NCBI GenBank assembly: GCA_050084515.1
Contig: CM114271.1
Location: 3,286,001-3,350,000, forward strand
Direction: 5' to 3'
From: Blasia pusilla
Lineage: Eukaryota
Length of the DNA: 64,000 nt
Below are positions 1 through 11,413 of this stretch, in pieces. A model generated the notes under the pieces. The model worked only from the letters and a program-made list of their open reading frames with translations. It was not told where the DNA came from and did no database searches. Position 1 is the first letter of the stretch. Each line of letters starts with the position of its first letter. The translations under genes and the position numbers were made by a program.

Positions 1-457
1 AAAACCTCTCCAAGGTAAAATTCAACTTCAATTGACAAATGTTTGGGATTAAAAATATCTATTCAAAGATTCATATAGATATTTTATTATGTGTATACAG
101 ATTGATATGTATCATAAATTGGTTACCATGTACAAACGTTTGAGATCCATTTCTCTTGTGAATGTTAACAAATTATGCAAATAACAATACAATTTTTTAA
201 TTCTTCACTCTTTCTCATATATAAACTCAAATTTGATTTAACCACTTTGATTCTCAAGCACAACACACGTTGATCTCAACAAGGGAATCTAATACAATAA
301 GTATTCCCTTTAATAGTAGCAGGTGTTTCCACGATAATGATGGATAATCTTCATTTGATTCAACACTCGCTTTATCCAAGAGCATCGGTAATCATATTTA
401 ATACCTCTTCTAATGTACACTCATTACCATTTATAATCAAGTGTCATCAAACAATGT

Positions 458-930
458 GTCGTAACTTATGGAGAGGAAGGTGAGATAACATCGAGGCCTA
501 AAGGGCTCCTTAATTCATAGTTCTCATATTATGAGGTCATGGTGAGGTGCTACCTTGGAGATTACTAGTTTGCTAGTTGTAGAGAGAGACCTTGGTGGCA
601 GACATTGTTATACTTTATCAAGGTTTTGGGGGATTGCGACAACTAATGTTGGAGCACATTGGGGATTGCTGGAGCAATCATAAAAGTTGGTGATATTATG
701 CTAGTTGGGAGTAACTAGATGCAAGGGAAAGTATTTAGTGGTTGTCTCAAGTGCGATGTCTGCATATCGTAGAGTGAGCATTGCTTTGACGTAGATCTTG
801 TAGCTCTAGAGTGAGCTAGATAGGTATTGCAAGGTTCATCACAACGTACCCAAAGATAGTATTGGGGAGTGTGTTATGAAGGATTTATGAGGAGTAGGGC
901 TAAGTATCAAGGATCTCCATGTAAGAATTT
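458..930 (+). mobile_element. Degraded remnant (LTR start plus 5' leader) related to the DNMT-gypsy copy D region
   Basis: About 480-540 resembles 19640-19697 (gagata..atcgaggcct..aggg....gaggtcat). About 790-920 resembles the leader upstream of gag at 22880-23020 (ggttca.ca...g.a.cca.aga.tattgggg; gggcta.gtatcaagg..t.tcca). Ends are approximate. Confidence 0.4.
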
Positions 931-1030
931 TATCTGTATCTTCTTTACAAGGGACTTTAATGGATTCTTAGTTTCTTTAGAGACCACAAAGTGTCGTAAG
1001 TGTTTCCATACTATTGTTGTGGGAGATGGA

Positions 1031-1876
1031 TGTGACGTCTTTCAGGATAGACCGGTAAGATCTAGTAGAGCGCCTTTGCGAGTAGTGTAGGATAGGCTCA
1101 GAAGGTTGAGGAGGACATGTTGAGGCCGCGGGAAACCTGAGAGAGCAAGTTTCCCCTTCGTTTCGGCTCATTTGGAGCCATATTGAGGAACTTACTATTT
1201 TGGATAATTACCATTTTGAGTATATGGTCACCTTTCTATTTTTGTAAGTCATCCTTGACCTCCTTCATCAGGTCAAGAGTCGAGGAGATGACTTGGGAGC
1301 ATAGATTACCACGGAGAGAACTTGGGAGAGGGAAGGGGTATACCTCAAGGAGAGAGAGCTTGAGAGCTCATTCTCTCTTTGTTGAACCTTTTGGCATGAG
1401 GCAGCGGAGCTATGGTCCTCCTTGCCTTGTGTGTGTAAACCAAGCCTCTCATTAGGAGAGTGGGTTTGGTTTGACATGAGAGCGAGTGCACACCATGGAG
1501 AGGTTGGTGTGAGGTGTTGAGAGAGATTTTACCTTATTTTACAAAGAGGGAATGAGAGGGTGGGAGAGCTTCAATGGAGGAGCACGCTAGTTACTCGTTG
1601 TTGGTGCAAGTTGGGGACCGTGTTCCCTATTCAACAGCTCACGGGAATGCTCACTGGAGCAAACGTTACTTATTTTACTATTTTCCATTGTTGATTTTTT
1701 GTGTGGAAGAGTGGCGCACGGAAGCGTTGCCCAAATTTCCTTAGAGATGAAGTTTAGGGGCAGATTTCCCTTTTAGTGCTCTCGAGAGCACCAAGTAGCT
1801 TGGTTGTTTATGATTTGACAGGTCTTGAGTTTTTTGTGGAAGAAATTAGCGCGGAAACACTGCTGATTTTGTCCTA
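1031..1876 (+). repeat. LTR of the DNMT-gypsy family, left part, interrupted by a CACTA terminus
   Basis: Starts TGTGAC and aligns from its first base with copies at 51669 and 62275. Homology to the 62275 copy stops at 1876 and resumes on the minus strand at 38468. Confidence 0.8.
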
Positions 1877-2111
1877 CACTGGAACAAATCATGGTTTTAA
1901 TAACTTGCTCATATGACTCATTTTAGTCATATATAACCATAAATGACTGGCCATGATTGGTGACTCATGGAGTCACAAAAGCCTAGTCATGTACCATATT
2001 ATGACTAAAGTCATTTAGAGATGACTCATGGAGTCATTCGGTTATATGACTAACACGTCATCAAGCCATTGCACGTGTAAACCCGTAGTCATATAGTATG
2101 ATTGTGTCATG
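1877..2111 (-). mobile_element. CACTA (En/Spm) transposon terminus with subterminal repeats; displaced 3' end of the element at 38469-47910
   Basis: TIR CACTGGAACAAATCATGGTTTT resembles CACTAGAAGAAAATGGTGGTTTT at 38469. Dense ATGACT/AGTCAT motifs at 1913-2110 match those at 38520-38760 and 47390-47910. Confidence 0.8.
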
Positions 2112-3000
2112 GCGTCGTGATGCCTCTGATACTGACGATATTGTCGTCACTCCTATGGGAAATCCCATCGCCCACTCTCTCTTGTCGACCTTGGGCTCCA
2201 CCAACCTCTGAACCTGGTCATCCCAAACCAAGCCAAGACCAGGCTCCTTGTATGCATAGGAAGCGAGAAAACTCACAAACGTGGGAAAGGCTGCCCACGG
2301 CTTGCCTATCCACAATCAGCGGTGGTCAATCATCATGCCTCACTGCTTGTGAGCGACCACCTGGATCCAGAATGGAAGCCACTAACAAATGGGAGGGGCG
2401 CTCCACTCTCGCATACGCCCTCGGTAACATCGCATGGGGCACCAAGTTGGTCCACCATAGACGCGGGCGATGGGCTCTAGAACCTACACTCGCCGCATCC
2501 AAAAACACTACAGGGCCGATCCAAGCACGCACTTGATGAGCACTCATCTCCACCCATAACCTGGAGTCTCCTAAGATTGGCACATTCTCCAGAATGTAGG
2601 CTGGAGAACGAGATAGGTGCTCTTGCAACTCTCGTAAGACCCTCAACATCTCCCAAAACAACCTAGACCGAGTGTCAGCCAACCCGTTGCCTCGTCAAGC
2701 AATCGATTGGCCTTAACATGGCCAACCGGAAATGACCAAATCAATGGTGCCTAACCGGTCTAAGTCCTGCGCCCCTAGCAACGAAATATCCCTTGGTAGG
2801 GAACGCTGGTACCCCTGTACCGCGAATGCAGACAATAAGTCGGGAAAACGTGGGCGTAACTGTGCCACATGTTGTAGTGAGATGCGCCACGAAAAATCAT
2901 CACTCTCCACATACGGGTACTGTTGCACTTGCACTCTTGCCTGCAAAACAACAGCTAATCCGATGCTAATCCCTCCAAAGAGATCTAACACTCAAATACC
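2110..3000 (-). pseudogene. DNMT3-like C5 cytosine DNA methyltransferase domain of the retrotransposon polyprotein (stops plus one frameshift)
   Basis: Motif I GI*VLDLFGGISIG; motif IV DLVISGWPC*GQS; motif VI YILENV; motif VIII FLDAASVGSRAHRPRLWWTNL; motif IX EPKVDKREWAMGFPIGVT. Motif X (LLGQAMDL) lies at 48892 on the minus strand. Covers ORFs 2713-2991, 2326-2682 and 2061-2315. Confidence 0.9.
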
Positions 3001-3168
3001 CTCCTCCGAGATACACCACACAATAGGTGTGGTATCCAAGGGTGTCATCGTAGCACTCCCTGCTACCTCGGGTTCCTCAGACCCGTCACGCTCCGGTGCA
3101 AATGCCTCGCTCGACGCGGTCTGCACGTGCTTATCTGCCAATCGTCGAAGCTCCTCAGTCGAGCCCCA

Positions 3169-3770
3169 CTACGGCACCTCTCCTCCACGGAATGATGCGG
3201 CTACCATAACACTCCTCTCCATGGAAATGTTAGGAACTGGAGTATCCTCTACATGGACATGTCCCTCAATCAAATCACGAGGCCAAGTGATGGCACTTGT
3301 AAATGCTGCTAAGGTCGCCGTCTCTCCTGGCCGTTGCTCAATCACTGCACCTGTGAATCGAACGGGTAACGAGGTAAGGCGCCCATGACCTGAGTGCCAT
3401 CGTGGTCTATAGGACGCAGACTCCTCCCAATTATCCAGGGAAAACCCCATCGGATATAACACTACTCCACCAACCAAGACGTCATAGGACTTTGTATCAG
3501 TCACTATCGTCTTGGCTCGCACCACGGACTCATCTGTTGGATGTTCTGGGTGAATCTTCACCACGACCTCCTATCGGGTGATATACTGTGTGGTACTCGC
3601 TCCACCCAAGGATTTCTGTATCCGGAATGGAAAACGCTCCACATCGGCTCTTGTCAAGCCCAATCCTATAAATGACGCTTTCCCCAACATCAGGGATTGC
3701 GCTCCTGAATCCAACAAGATGCGTTGCGGACTAAAAGGTCTACCTTGAGAACTCACCAATTGGAAGACCG
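3169..3770 (-). pseudogene. Retroviral-type aspartic protease region of copy B
   Basis: RILLDSGAQ active-site motif (ORF 3571-3759) and downstream YDVLVG motif (ORF 3169-3564). Homologous to 29585-29980. Confidence 0.8.
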
Positions 3771-4048
3771 CTCCTCAATTATCCAGCAACACAACACCAG
3801 GAGAATCCATGGCATGCTCTTTCGCGGGTCTAGCGGGCATCTCCGCCATCCTAGCAGCCGCAGCCTACCATGAATCTGACATGGATGTTTTGAGCATCCG
3901 CTCCAAGGGCAAGTCCATCACCTCCTCTGCAATCACTTCTGAACGTGATGCAGGAACTCCGACTCCGCGCTTACATAGTAAAGCGGCCAGCCGAAAAGCC
4001 TCGGCGGGCATACCCCCCAACATCATAACATCGAAAGTAGAAAATAAA

Positions 4049-5053
4049 TGTCGCGCCCCTACTCTCCTTGAACGTCAATCTTTAGTGTTGCGGAAGCGTA
4101 CGTTCAGTAGGTCACGAACTCATCGCCGATCTGCACCCAAACACGCACTCTCGTTAGTCGGGTCTGGGCCAACCAGCGTTCCAACCCACCGAGTCCTCAA
4201 CTCGGCGTCTCATCAAGCTCAACCTTCCTTAGTTCCTAGTTTCCAAAACATGGCAAGTCCTTCAAGACTTGGAACAAACTTCCTGGTTAGTCCAAGGATC
4301 TGAAACGGCACTTGCGCGCCTAGCGATCCCAACTGCTCAACGGTCCTCGGGTGAGTTCCGAAACCAAGACCCAAGTAAGTGAGTCGCGGGGTGGAATCCA
4401 AGAGGGACATCTAAAATCGCCTCAATGGACTTGGTGCAGGTTTTCCAACCCAACCCCCAAACTCGCGTTCCGTTCCATGCCCTTGAGCCGCCCCGCGGCG
4501 CCCAAAGTGGGGTTTGGGTTCCAAGCACTCTCGGAGACCGTCCCCCTTACTAGTACTTCTGGGGTTCTCCAATACCCCCCCCCCCTTTGGAAAAAGAGGG
4601 TCGGGCCCTTCATTGTGGCCCTCAACCCGACTCCACTTACAGTCGTTTTCGGATTGTTTCTCAGCCAGTGCTTATGAATTTGCAGCGATCTTTGGTGCGT
4701 TTGGACCGGATCTCCATAAGCTTTCCAACGCACCCTTATTTGATCCAAACGCGTCTTGGCGCTAAAAGTTATGGCCATAAATACAGTCGGAAACTCTCAA
4801 ACGCTAGTGGCGTTCCAAATCCGGATCTTTCCTTTGGCAACACACTTCCTAGACTCGACTTCTTTCAAGTCTCATTCCGCGTTTGGTCCAGGTTTCTCGG
4901 TCGCGACCATAACATCTGAAACGTGACTCCTCGCTCGCGTCTAGTCTCTTGTCTCCTCTTTAAGACTACTCCAACGCGCAAACCATCTTAGCGTGAGCCC
5001 GCTAATGTTCCGATGTTCCGCTTGGCACTTGTTTGGTCATGAGGGTTGCGACA
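4049..5053 (-). repeat. 3' LTR of the chromovirus element
   Basis: TGTCGCGCCC...GGTTGCGACA. About 8 differences from 10410-11408 spotted by eye. Confidence 0.95.
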
Positions 5054-5068
5054 CTCACCCCTCTTTTA
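5054..5068 (-). promoter_or_regulatory. Polypurine tract
   Basis: Minus-strand TAAAAGAGGGGTGAG directly abutting the 3' LTR. Confidence 0.85.
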
Positions 5069-5720
5069 GAGGGTGATGCCCTCATCAACGCAAACCTTTG
5101 TTATGTCAAGTCTCCTGGGCAGCCTATCCCTTGACATTGAATTGCGTTCTGGTGGCTAACCCCCAATTCCTCTTAGTCTCTAGTTGTCGCTTTGCCCCAC
5201 TTAGAATTATTAGCCTCTCCTCTTTGATAAGCCTGGACTAGTTCCAAGGAACTAACCTATCAAATAAGCTAACTAAGTGTGCAACCTTAGACTCTTCTGA
5301 CTCATTCCTGTAAACATCACACTTGTTTACCTGGTCTACAAATCGCACTACTATTGGGTCGCTCTCGTATTCAACTTAGGCGCGTCACTAAGTTTACTTA
5401 TGTGGCCAAAAGTAAGATCACCCCAAGCCCCAAGACAGACTTCATCTGCCCCGCCGACGCTAGGGCGAGCCCGAGTGTAATCCAACACAAGGTCCTATTC
5501 TAGGTGCTTATCCACATACGAGCTCTCACCTCAAATACTCCTTGTCTGTCCTCTTGTCGTACACCCTAAGCCTATGATGAACGACTCATAGCCATGCACT
5601 ACCACATACAAATTGCAATCAACTTTGGCATCGAATCTCCAAATCCATACACTCCTTTATTGCAACACTAGCATATTCTAGTTACAACGGCCTTCGGCCC
5701 AAGATTCCACTGGTTACAAG

Positions 5721-8700
5721 TCATGTCTCTAGCTTCTCCTCGTAATAACGTATGTGCTTCGCTTGTGTCCGCTTGAAGTCGCGCAACAAGTCTTGCACGT
5801 GTTCCAAATCCGCCTCCGCAATCCAAGTCGCCTCCTTCATATGGTAGCCCTTCCATTTTACCAATTATTCATACTTGTTGGCCCGACGCCTCGAACGTAA
5901 GATGGTCTCCACCTCAAACTCCAGCTCTTCATTTATGATGACCGGGTGCGGTCTCACCACCTGTCTCCGCGCGAAACGTCCATTATCTTGAAGATATTTC
6001 TTCAACAATGACACATGAAAGGTCGGGTGAATCTTGAACTCGTCCGGCAGCCTCAACGTGTACACATCCTCAAACGGGTTTGTCACAATCACATACGGTC
6101 CAGCATACTTGGCAGACAGCTTCGCAGACAGCTCTTTCGGAAGAGTGAGGTTCTTTACACTCAACCACACTTGTTCTCCAACTTGGAATCGTACTTGGCG
6201 CCGACTCTTGTTAGCATGCTTAACGTACCTCATTTGAGCCTTTGCAAGACTTCGCCTCGCGCGCTCTTCTTGTTCTCGCATCTCTACCAATAAACCTTCC
6301 GCCGTCGCTTGTCGTGTTCGTGCCAATGTAGTACCCTTCGAAAGGGCTAGATCAAGAGGCCCTTCTAGCTCTCGTCCATTTGCCATGAGAAACGGAGATT
6401 CTCCAGTCGCAGAATGCTTGGTCGAGTTGTAGAAGTACTCCGCCATGCTCACCCACTTGACCCAATCGCGTTGATCAGCACTGACATAATTCCTTAAGTA
6501 CTGATTCACGATAGATTTTACCTTTTCAATCTGTGGGTGGAAAGCCGTATTGAAACTCAGCTTGGTCTTAAACCTTCTGAACAAGTGCTTCCAGAAAGCA
6601 CTGGTAAACTTTGGATCCTGATCTGAAACAATGCTCCTCGGCAAACCGTGAGCACGCCACCAGCTATTGAGGAACAGTTGCGCCGTCGTATAAGCCGTTG
6701 CGGAACCCACTGTCGGCACAAATCTCGCCAACTTGCTAAACCGATCAACAATCACAAGTATAGCGATGTATCCCTCAGATTCCGGAAGACTCGTGATGAA
6801 ATCCATACTCACACTTTGCAAGGGTCCTTTTGGGATCGGCAAGGGATGCAGCAAGCCCTGCTTCTTATCATAAGAGACTCTATTCGCTTGGCAAGTCACA
6901 TAGGTCTTCACATATTGAGCAACATCCTCTTTCATGTTGGGCCAAAAGAACCGCTTCGACAAAACAGCTAGCGTAGATTTCTCTCCTTTATGTCCTGCCA
7001 AGGGTCCATCGTGACACTCCGCTAACACCTTGGTTCGCATCCTGCCTTGCCCTACATAGATCCTACTCTGTTTGAACCTTAGTAAACCGTGCCTCAAACT
7101 TACGTTGGCCACCTTCTCACCCTGCTTCAACTTCCTCAGGTACTCCCCTGCGTGAGCATCCTTCATATATCCTTCACGAATCCTTCTTTCCAGATCTATT
7201 TCTTTAGGGAACATTGCTCTTAAGACTTGTGTCGTCAATGGCATGTGTTCCTCCTTGCGACTTAACGCAACTGGAATCTCATTATCTTTACATGGCTTGT
7301 GAATCAACTCAACATCCATCAACGCCAAGGTATCATGCCATCGCAGTTGTTTCGGCCTCACTCGATCCTGGGTCTCAAAATACTTGAGTGATATATTATC
7401 AGTGGATACTCGATTCCTGTGGAGCCCTAGATAATGCCGCCACTTCCTCAAGAAATGTACCACCGTGAACAACTCTTTCTCGTGAGTAGGCCATCTCCTT
7501 TCAGTATCGCTAAGCTTCTTGCTCTCGTATGCCACCAGTCTCCCTTCTTGCACCAACATTCCTGCAACCGCGAAATCACTAGCATCAATATGCACTTCGA
7601 ACGGTTTGTCAAACTCCGGCAGCTTCAACACTGGTTCCTGCGATAGAATCTGCTTCACTCGGTTGAATGCCTCATTAACTTCCTGGGTCCAAGTCGTGTT
7701 GGAAAACTTTGCTGTCCAATCCGTGAGAGGTCTCACAATTCCCGAAAAGTTTTTCGCATAAGTACGATAAAACTGCACCGCACCTATGAACCTCCTCATC
7801 CCCTTTACAGTGGATGGGGTTTCCCACTCGAAAATCGCTTTCATCTTCTCCATGTCTGGACTGACGCCATCTGCACTGACCACGTGACCCAAGAATTTGA
7901 TCTTACTCAAACCAAATCCGCTCTTCTCTACATTCGCATACAGCTGATTTACCCTTAGCTTAGACAAGACCGCTCTCACATGTCGAAGGTGCTCCTCTAG
8001 TGACTTCGAGTAGATAAGTATGTCATCAATATAGATGATAACATACTCATCCATTTCCTTGTGAAAAATGGAGTTCATCAATGTGGTGAACGTTGGAGGC
8101 GCGTTACATAGACCGAAAGGCATCACTACAAACTCAAAGGAAATGTATCTCGTCCTACACGCATTCTTCTCCACATCTGCCTCGGCAATCCGAATCTGGT
8201 AATATCCTGACTTCAAGTCAATCCTACTGAAATATCTCGCGCCTGCCAGCCTATCAAAGAGATCATCTATCCTCGAAAGAGGATAATTGTTCCGAACCGT
8301 CACTTTGTTCAGTGCACGGTAATCAAGACACAACCTCATCTTTCCATCCTTCTTCTTTACAAAGAGAATAGGTGCTCCATAAGGTGACTTGCTAGTCCTA
8401 ATGTAACCCTTTTCCAAGAGCTCACTTAACTGCTTTTTCAACTCAAGAAGTTCCTTCTGATTCAACCTATATGGTGCTTTTGAAGGCGGTTGGGAACCGG
8501 GTATGATCTCTATCTTATGATCAACGGCTCTATGCGGCGGCAATTCAGTCGGAAGCTCATTTGTCAAGACATCCTCAAACTCCTTGACCACTTCCTGGAG
8601 TGGTTATGGGATTCCCCTCGAAGCAGTGTCATGATCTCTGCGTATACTGCTTGTAGCCTCCTCCACTTGTCTCATCAAGCAGAGAAATCCATCCTCCAAC

Positions 8701-10193
8701 TGAGTCATGCTCCTCCTTGTGATCGAGTTCACTAACTCCATTTTCGCTGGAAACTCACGGACCAACCGCACCTGTAACCGTTTGCCTTTTAGCAAGACGC
8801 TCAACCTCAAGGGTCTACGTCTTAACTCCACCTCATACGCATCTAGGAATGTATCCCCCAAGACTCCGTCAATGCCATCCATTTCGCACACAGTGAAATT
8901 CTCCTTCAACTCGAATACCCCGCATCCTACTGTCAAACCCAAGACCAAATCAGAAGTCCGATGAGACTTGCCTCCTGCAAATCCTACTCGAATGGGCTCA
9001 TCCACCTTAGAGGTAGACAGCCCCAGTTCCTTCATGATTCTCGGGCTTAGGAAGGAGTGCGAAGCACCTGTATCCACGAGCAACAACACATCGCGATCAG
9101 CAATCTTGGATCTTAGGTACACCAAATTGTGCGTCCTCTTGGTGACTTGAAGGGACGTCTCGAGATCGCCCGCCAACAGATGCTTAGCAGCAAATGCAAT
9201 CATACTCCCATTACTAACCTTCGGTTTCGAACACACTTTTGCCAGGTGCCCAGGTTCGCCACAGTTGTAGCATACGACCTTGCCGTTCCTTGACTTCGAG
9301 TGTTGTCCTCCTCTCGGTTTCGCATGAAGTTCCACTCGTTTTGCTGCCGAGGCAGACGACTCTCCTGGTTCGTGCTGGCCCCCACTCCAGCCTCTTTTGA
9401 ACGCCTCCTTATTTTTCGACTTCTTCGAAAAACCTTTTGGCTCGAAGGGTTTCTGGGTTTGGACCTCATCATCCCCAATCCGCTCCGCTAGCCTCAGAAG
9501 ATCCGCGCAGGTCTCTGGCAACGTCGGCATTCGATAAAGGGCCTTTTCAGCGCTCGGCTTGAGTCCACTAATGAAGATAGCCTTCTTCGCGTGCTCATCC
9601 ATCTTTGGACTAGAAGTCAGTTTAGCACTAAAATCCCTCACATACGCGCTTAAGGAACCACTCTGCCGCATCCGAATGCATTCCACCGTGTCGCGCAACC
9701 CTTGGTACTCCGGAGTGAACCGATCCCCAATCAACTCCTTGAACTCCTCCCAACTCAGAGGTGACTCGCCGCCCGAGATATTCTCTCGTTGAGTCGCCCA
9801 CCATTGTAGAGCATGATCCTTCAGAAAGTAACGGCTACCGTCACCTTGTCCTTTCACCGCCCTCTGCGCCTCGAAGTACAATTCGGTTTCAGAAGGAAAT
9901 CCTTCACTTTCATGAGTGCCCCACTCCGTGAATGGCGTGGGCGAGGTTTGTCTTCAGACCTTTTGCCCCCTTTTCGGGGTTCGAGTGGCCTCTAACTCTG
10001 CAATCCGCTTGCTTTGCTGGGACATCTGCTCCACCAACACCTTCAACAAGTCCAACGTCTGGCTCGACTCCGTCCGTTCCCCTGAGTTTGGGCCCACTGG
10101 CCCCGCGGAAGGATTCGCCTCCGGAACGTCCTCACGACTGGCGTTCAGCTCTTCGGGAGTATCCGTCTCCTCCATAGCTTCACGGTCCGGCAT
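5721..10193 (-). pseudogene. gag-pol polyprotein (Gag, CCHC knuckle, protease, RT, RNase H, integrase, chromodomain), interrupted
   Basis: CYNCGEPGHLAKVC, LLVDTGASH, YIDD, DASD, HHCC/DDE integrase. The chromodomain FEVETIL...KYE*LVKWKGYHMKEATW reads through an in-frame TAA at 5865-5867. Another in-frame TAA lies at 8604-8606, with frameshifts near 9880-9960. Confidence 0.93.
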
Positions 10194-10395
10194 TGGTTCC
10201 TCTCTTGGTTCACGTTGCTTGATTCAGCGCTTCTTGGGTTGTTCTCCCTCGATCGCCATCTCCAAGCCAACTCACTCACATCTCCTCCTCGTTTCTTGCG
10301 TCCCTCCTCGAGCGTCTGAGTCTAGCCGCCACCTTTGAGTTTCCCCAAGCGTCCGGTTGATCCCACGACCCCAAGTTCTCGCTCACCAAGGATTA

Positions 10396-10407
10396 GCTCT
10401 GATACCA
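10396..10407 (-). promoter_or_regulatory. Primer-binding site (tRNA-iMet)
   Basis: TGGTATCAGAGC on the minus strand, 2 nt from the 5' LTR. Confidence 0.95.
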
Positions 10408-10409
10408 CT

Positions 10410-11408
10410 TGTCGCGCCCCTACTCTCCTTGAACGTCAATCTTTAGTGTTGCGGAAGCGTACGTTCAGTAGGTCACGAACTCATCGCCGATCTGCACCCA
10501 AACACGCACTCTCGTTAGTCGGGTCTGGGCCAACCAGCGTTCCAACCCACCGAGTCCTCAACTCGGCGTCTCATCAAGCTCAACCTTCCTTAGTTCCTAG
10601 TTTCCAAAACATGGCAAGTCCTTCAAGACTTGGAACAAACTTCCTGGTTAGTCCAAGGATCTGAAACGGCACTTGCGCGCCTAGCGATCCCAACTGCTCA
10701 ACGGTCCTCGGGTGAGTTCCGAAACCAAGACCCAAGTAAGTGAGTCGCGGGGTGGAATCCAAGAGGGACATCTAAAATCGCCTCAATGGACTTGGTGCAG
10801 GTTTTCCAACCCAACCCCCAAACTCGCGTTCCGTTCCATGCCCTTGAGCCGCCCCACGGCGCCCAAAGTGGGGTTTGGGTTCCAAGCACTCTCGGAGACC
10901 GTCCCCCTTACTAGTACTTCTGGGGTTCTCCAATAACCCCCCTTTGGAAAAAGAGGGTCGGGCCCTTCATTGTGGCCCTCAACCCGACTCCACTTACAGT
11001 CGTTTTCGGATTTTTCTCAGCCAGTGCTTATGAATTTGCAGCGATCTTTGTGCGTTTGGACCGGATCTCCATAAGCTTTCCAACGCACCCTTATTTGATC
11101 CAAACGCGTCTTGGCGCTAAAAGTTATGGCCATAAATACAGTCGGAAACTCTCAAACGCTAGTGGCGTTCCAAATCCGGATCTTTCCTTTGGCAACCCAC
11201 TTCCTAGACTCGACTTCTTTCAAGTCTCATTCCGCGTTTGGTCCAGGTTTCTCGGTCGCGACCATAACATCTGAAACGTGACTCCTCGCTCGCGTCTCGT
11301 CTCTTGTCTCCTCTTTGAGACTACTCCAACGCGCAAACCATCTTAGCGTGAGCCCGCTAATGTTCCGATGTTCCGCTTGGCACTTGTTTGGTCATGAGGG
11401 TCGCGACA
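10410..11408 (-). repeat. 5' LTR of the chromovirus element
   Basis: Direct repeat of 4049-5053, followed by TSD ATAAA. Confidence 0.95.
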
Positions 11409-11413
11409 ATAAA

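Larger units (their letters stand above)
4049..11408 (-). mobile_element. Full-length chromovirus-type Ty3/gypsy LTR retrotransposon (possibly Tcn1-like)
   Basis: Two near-identical LTRs of about 1 kb with TG...CA ends, 5-bp TSD ATAAA (4044-4048 and 11409-11413), tRNA-iMet PBS, PPT, and gag-PR-RT-RH-INT-chromodomain order. Confidence 0.97.

Noticed and set aside
2110-3000. Bacterial restriction-modification methyltransferase, contamination, or a host DNMT3/DRM gene
   Set aside because: It is intronless, embedded between retroviral protease and RT, repeated in a second TE copy, and has non-permuted motif order (unlike DRM). No cognate endonuclease is present; the restriction-like nuclease at 52710 belongs to a LINE.
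3809-4919. ORFs repeated at 10335-11274 and 13166-14165 as duplicated genes
   Set aside because: They are chance frames within LTR sequence.
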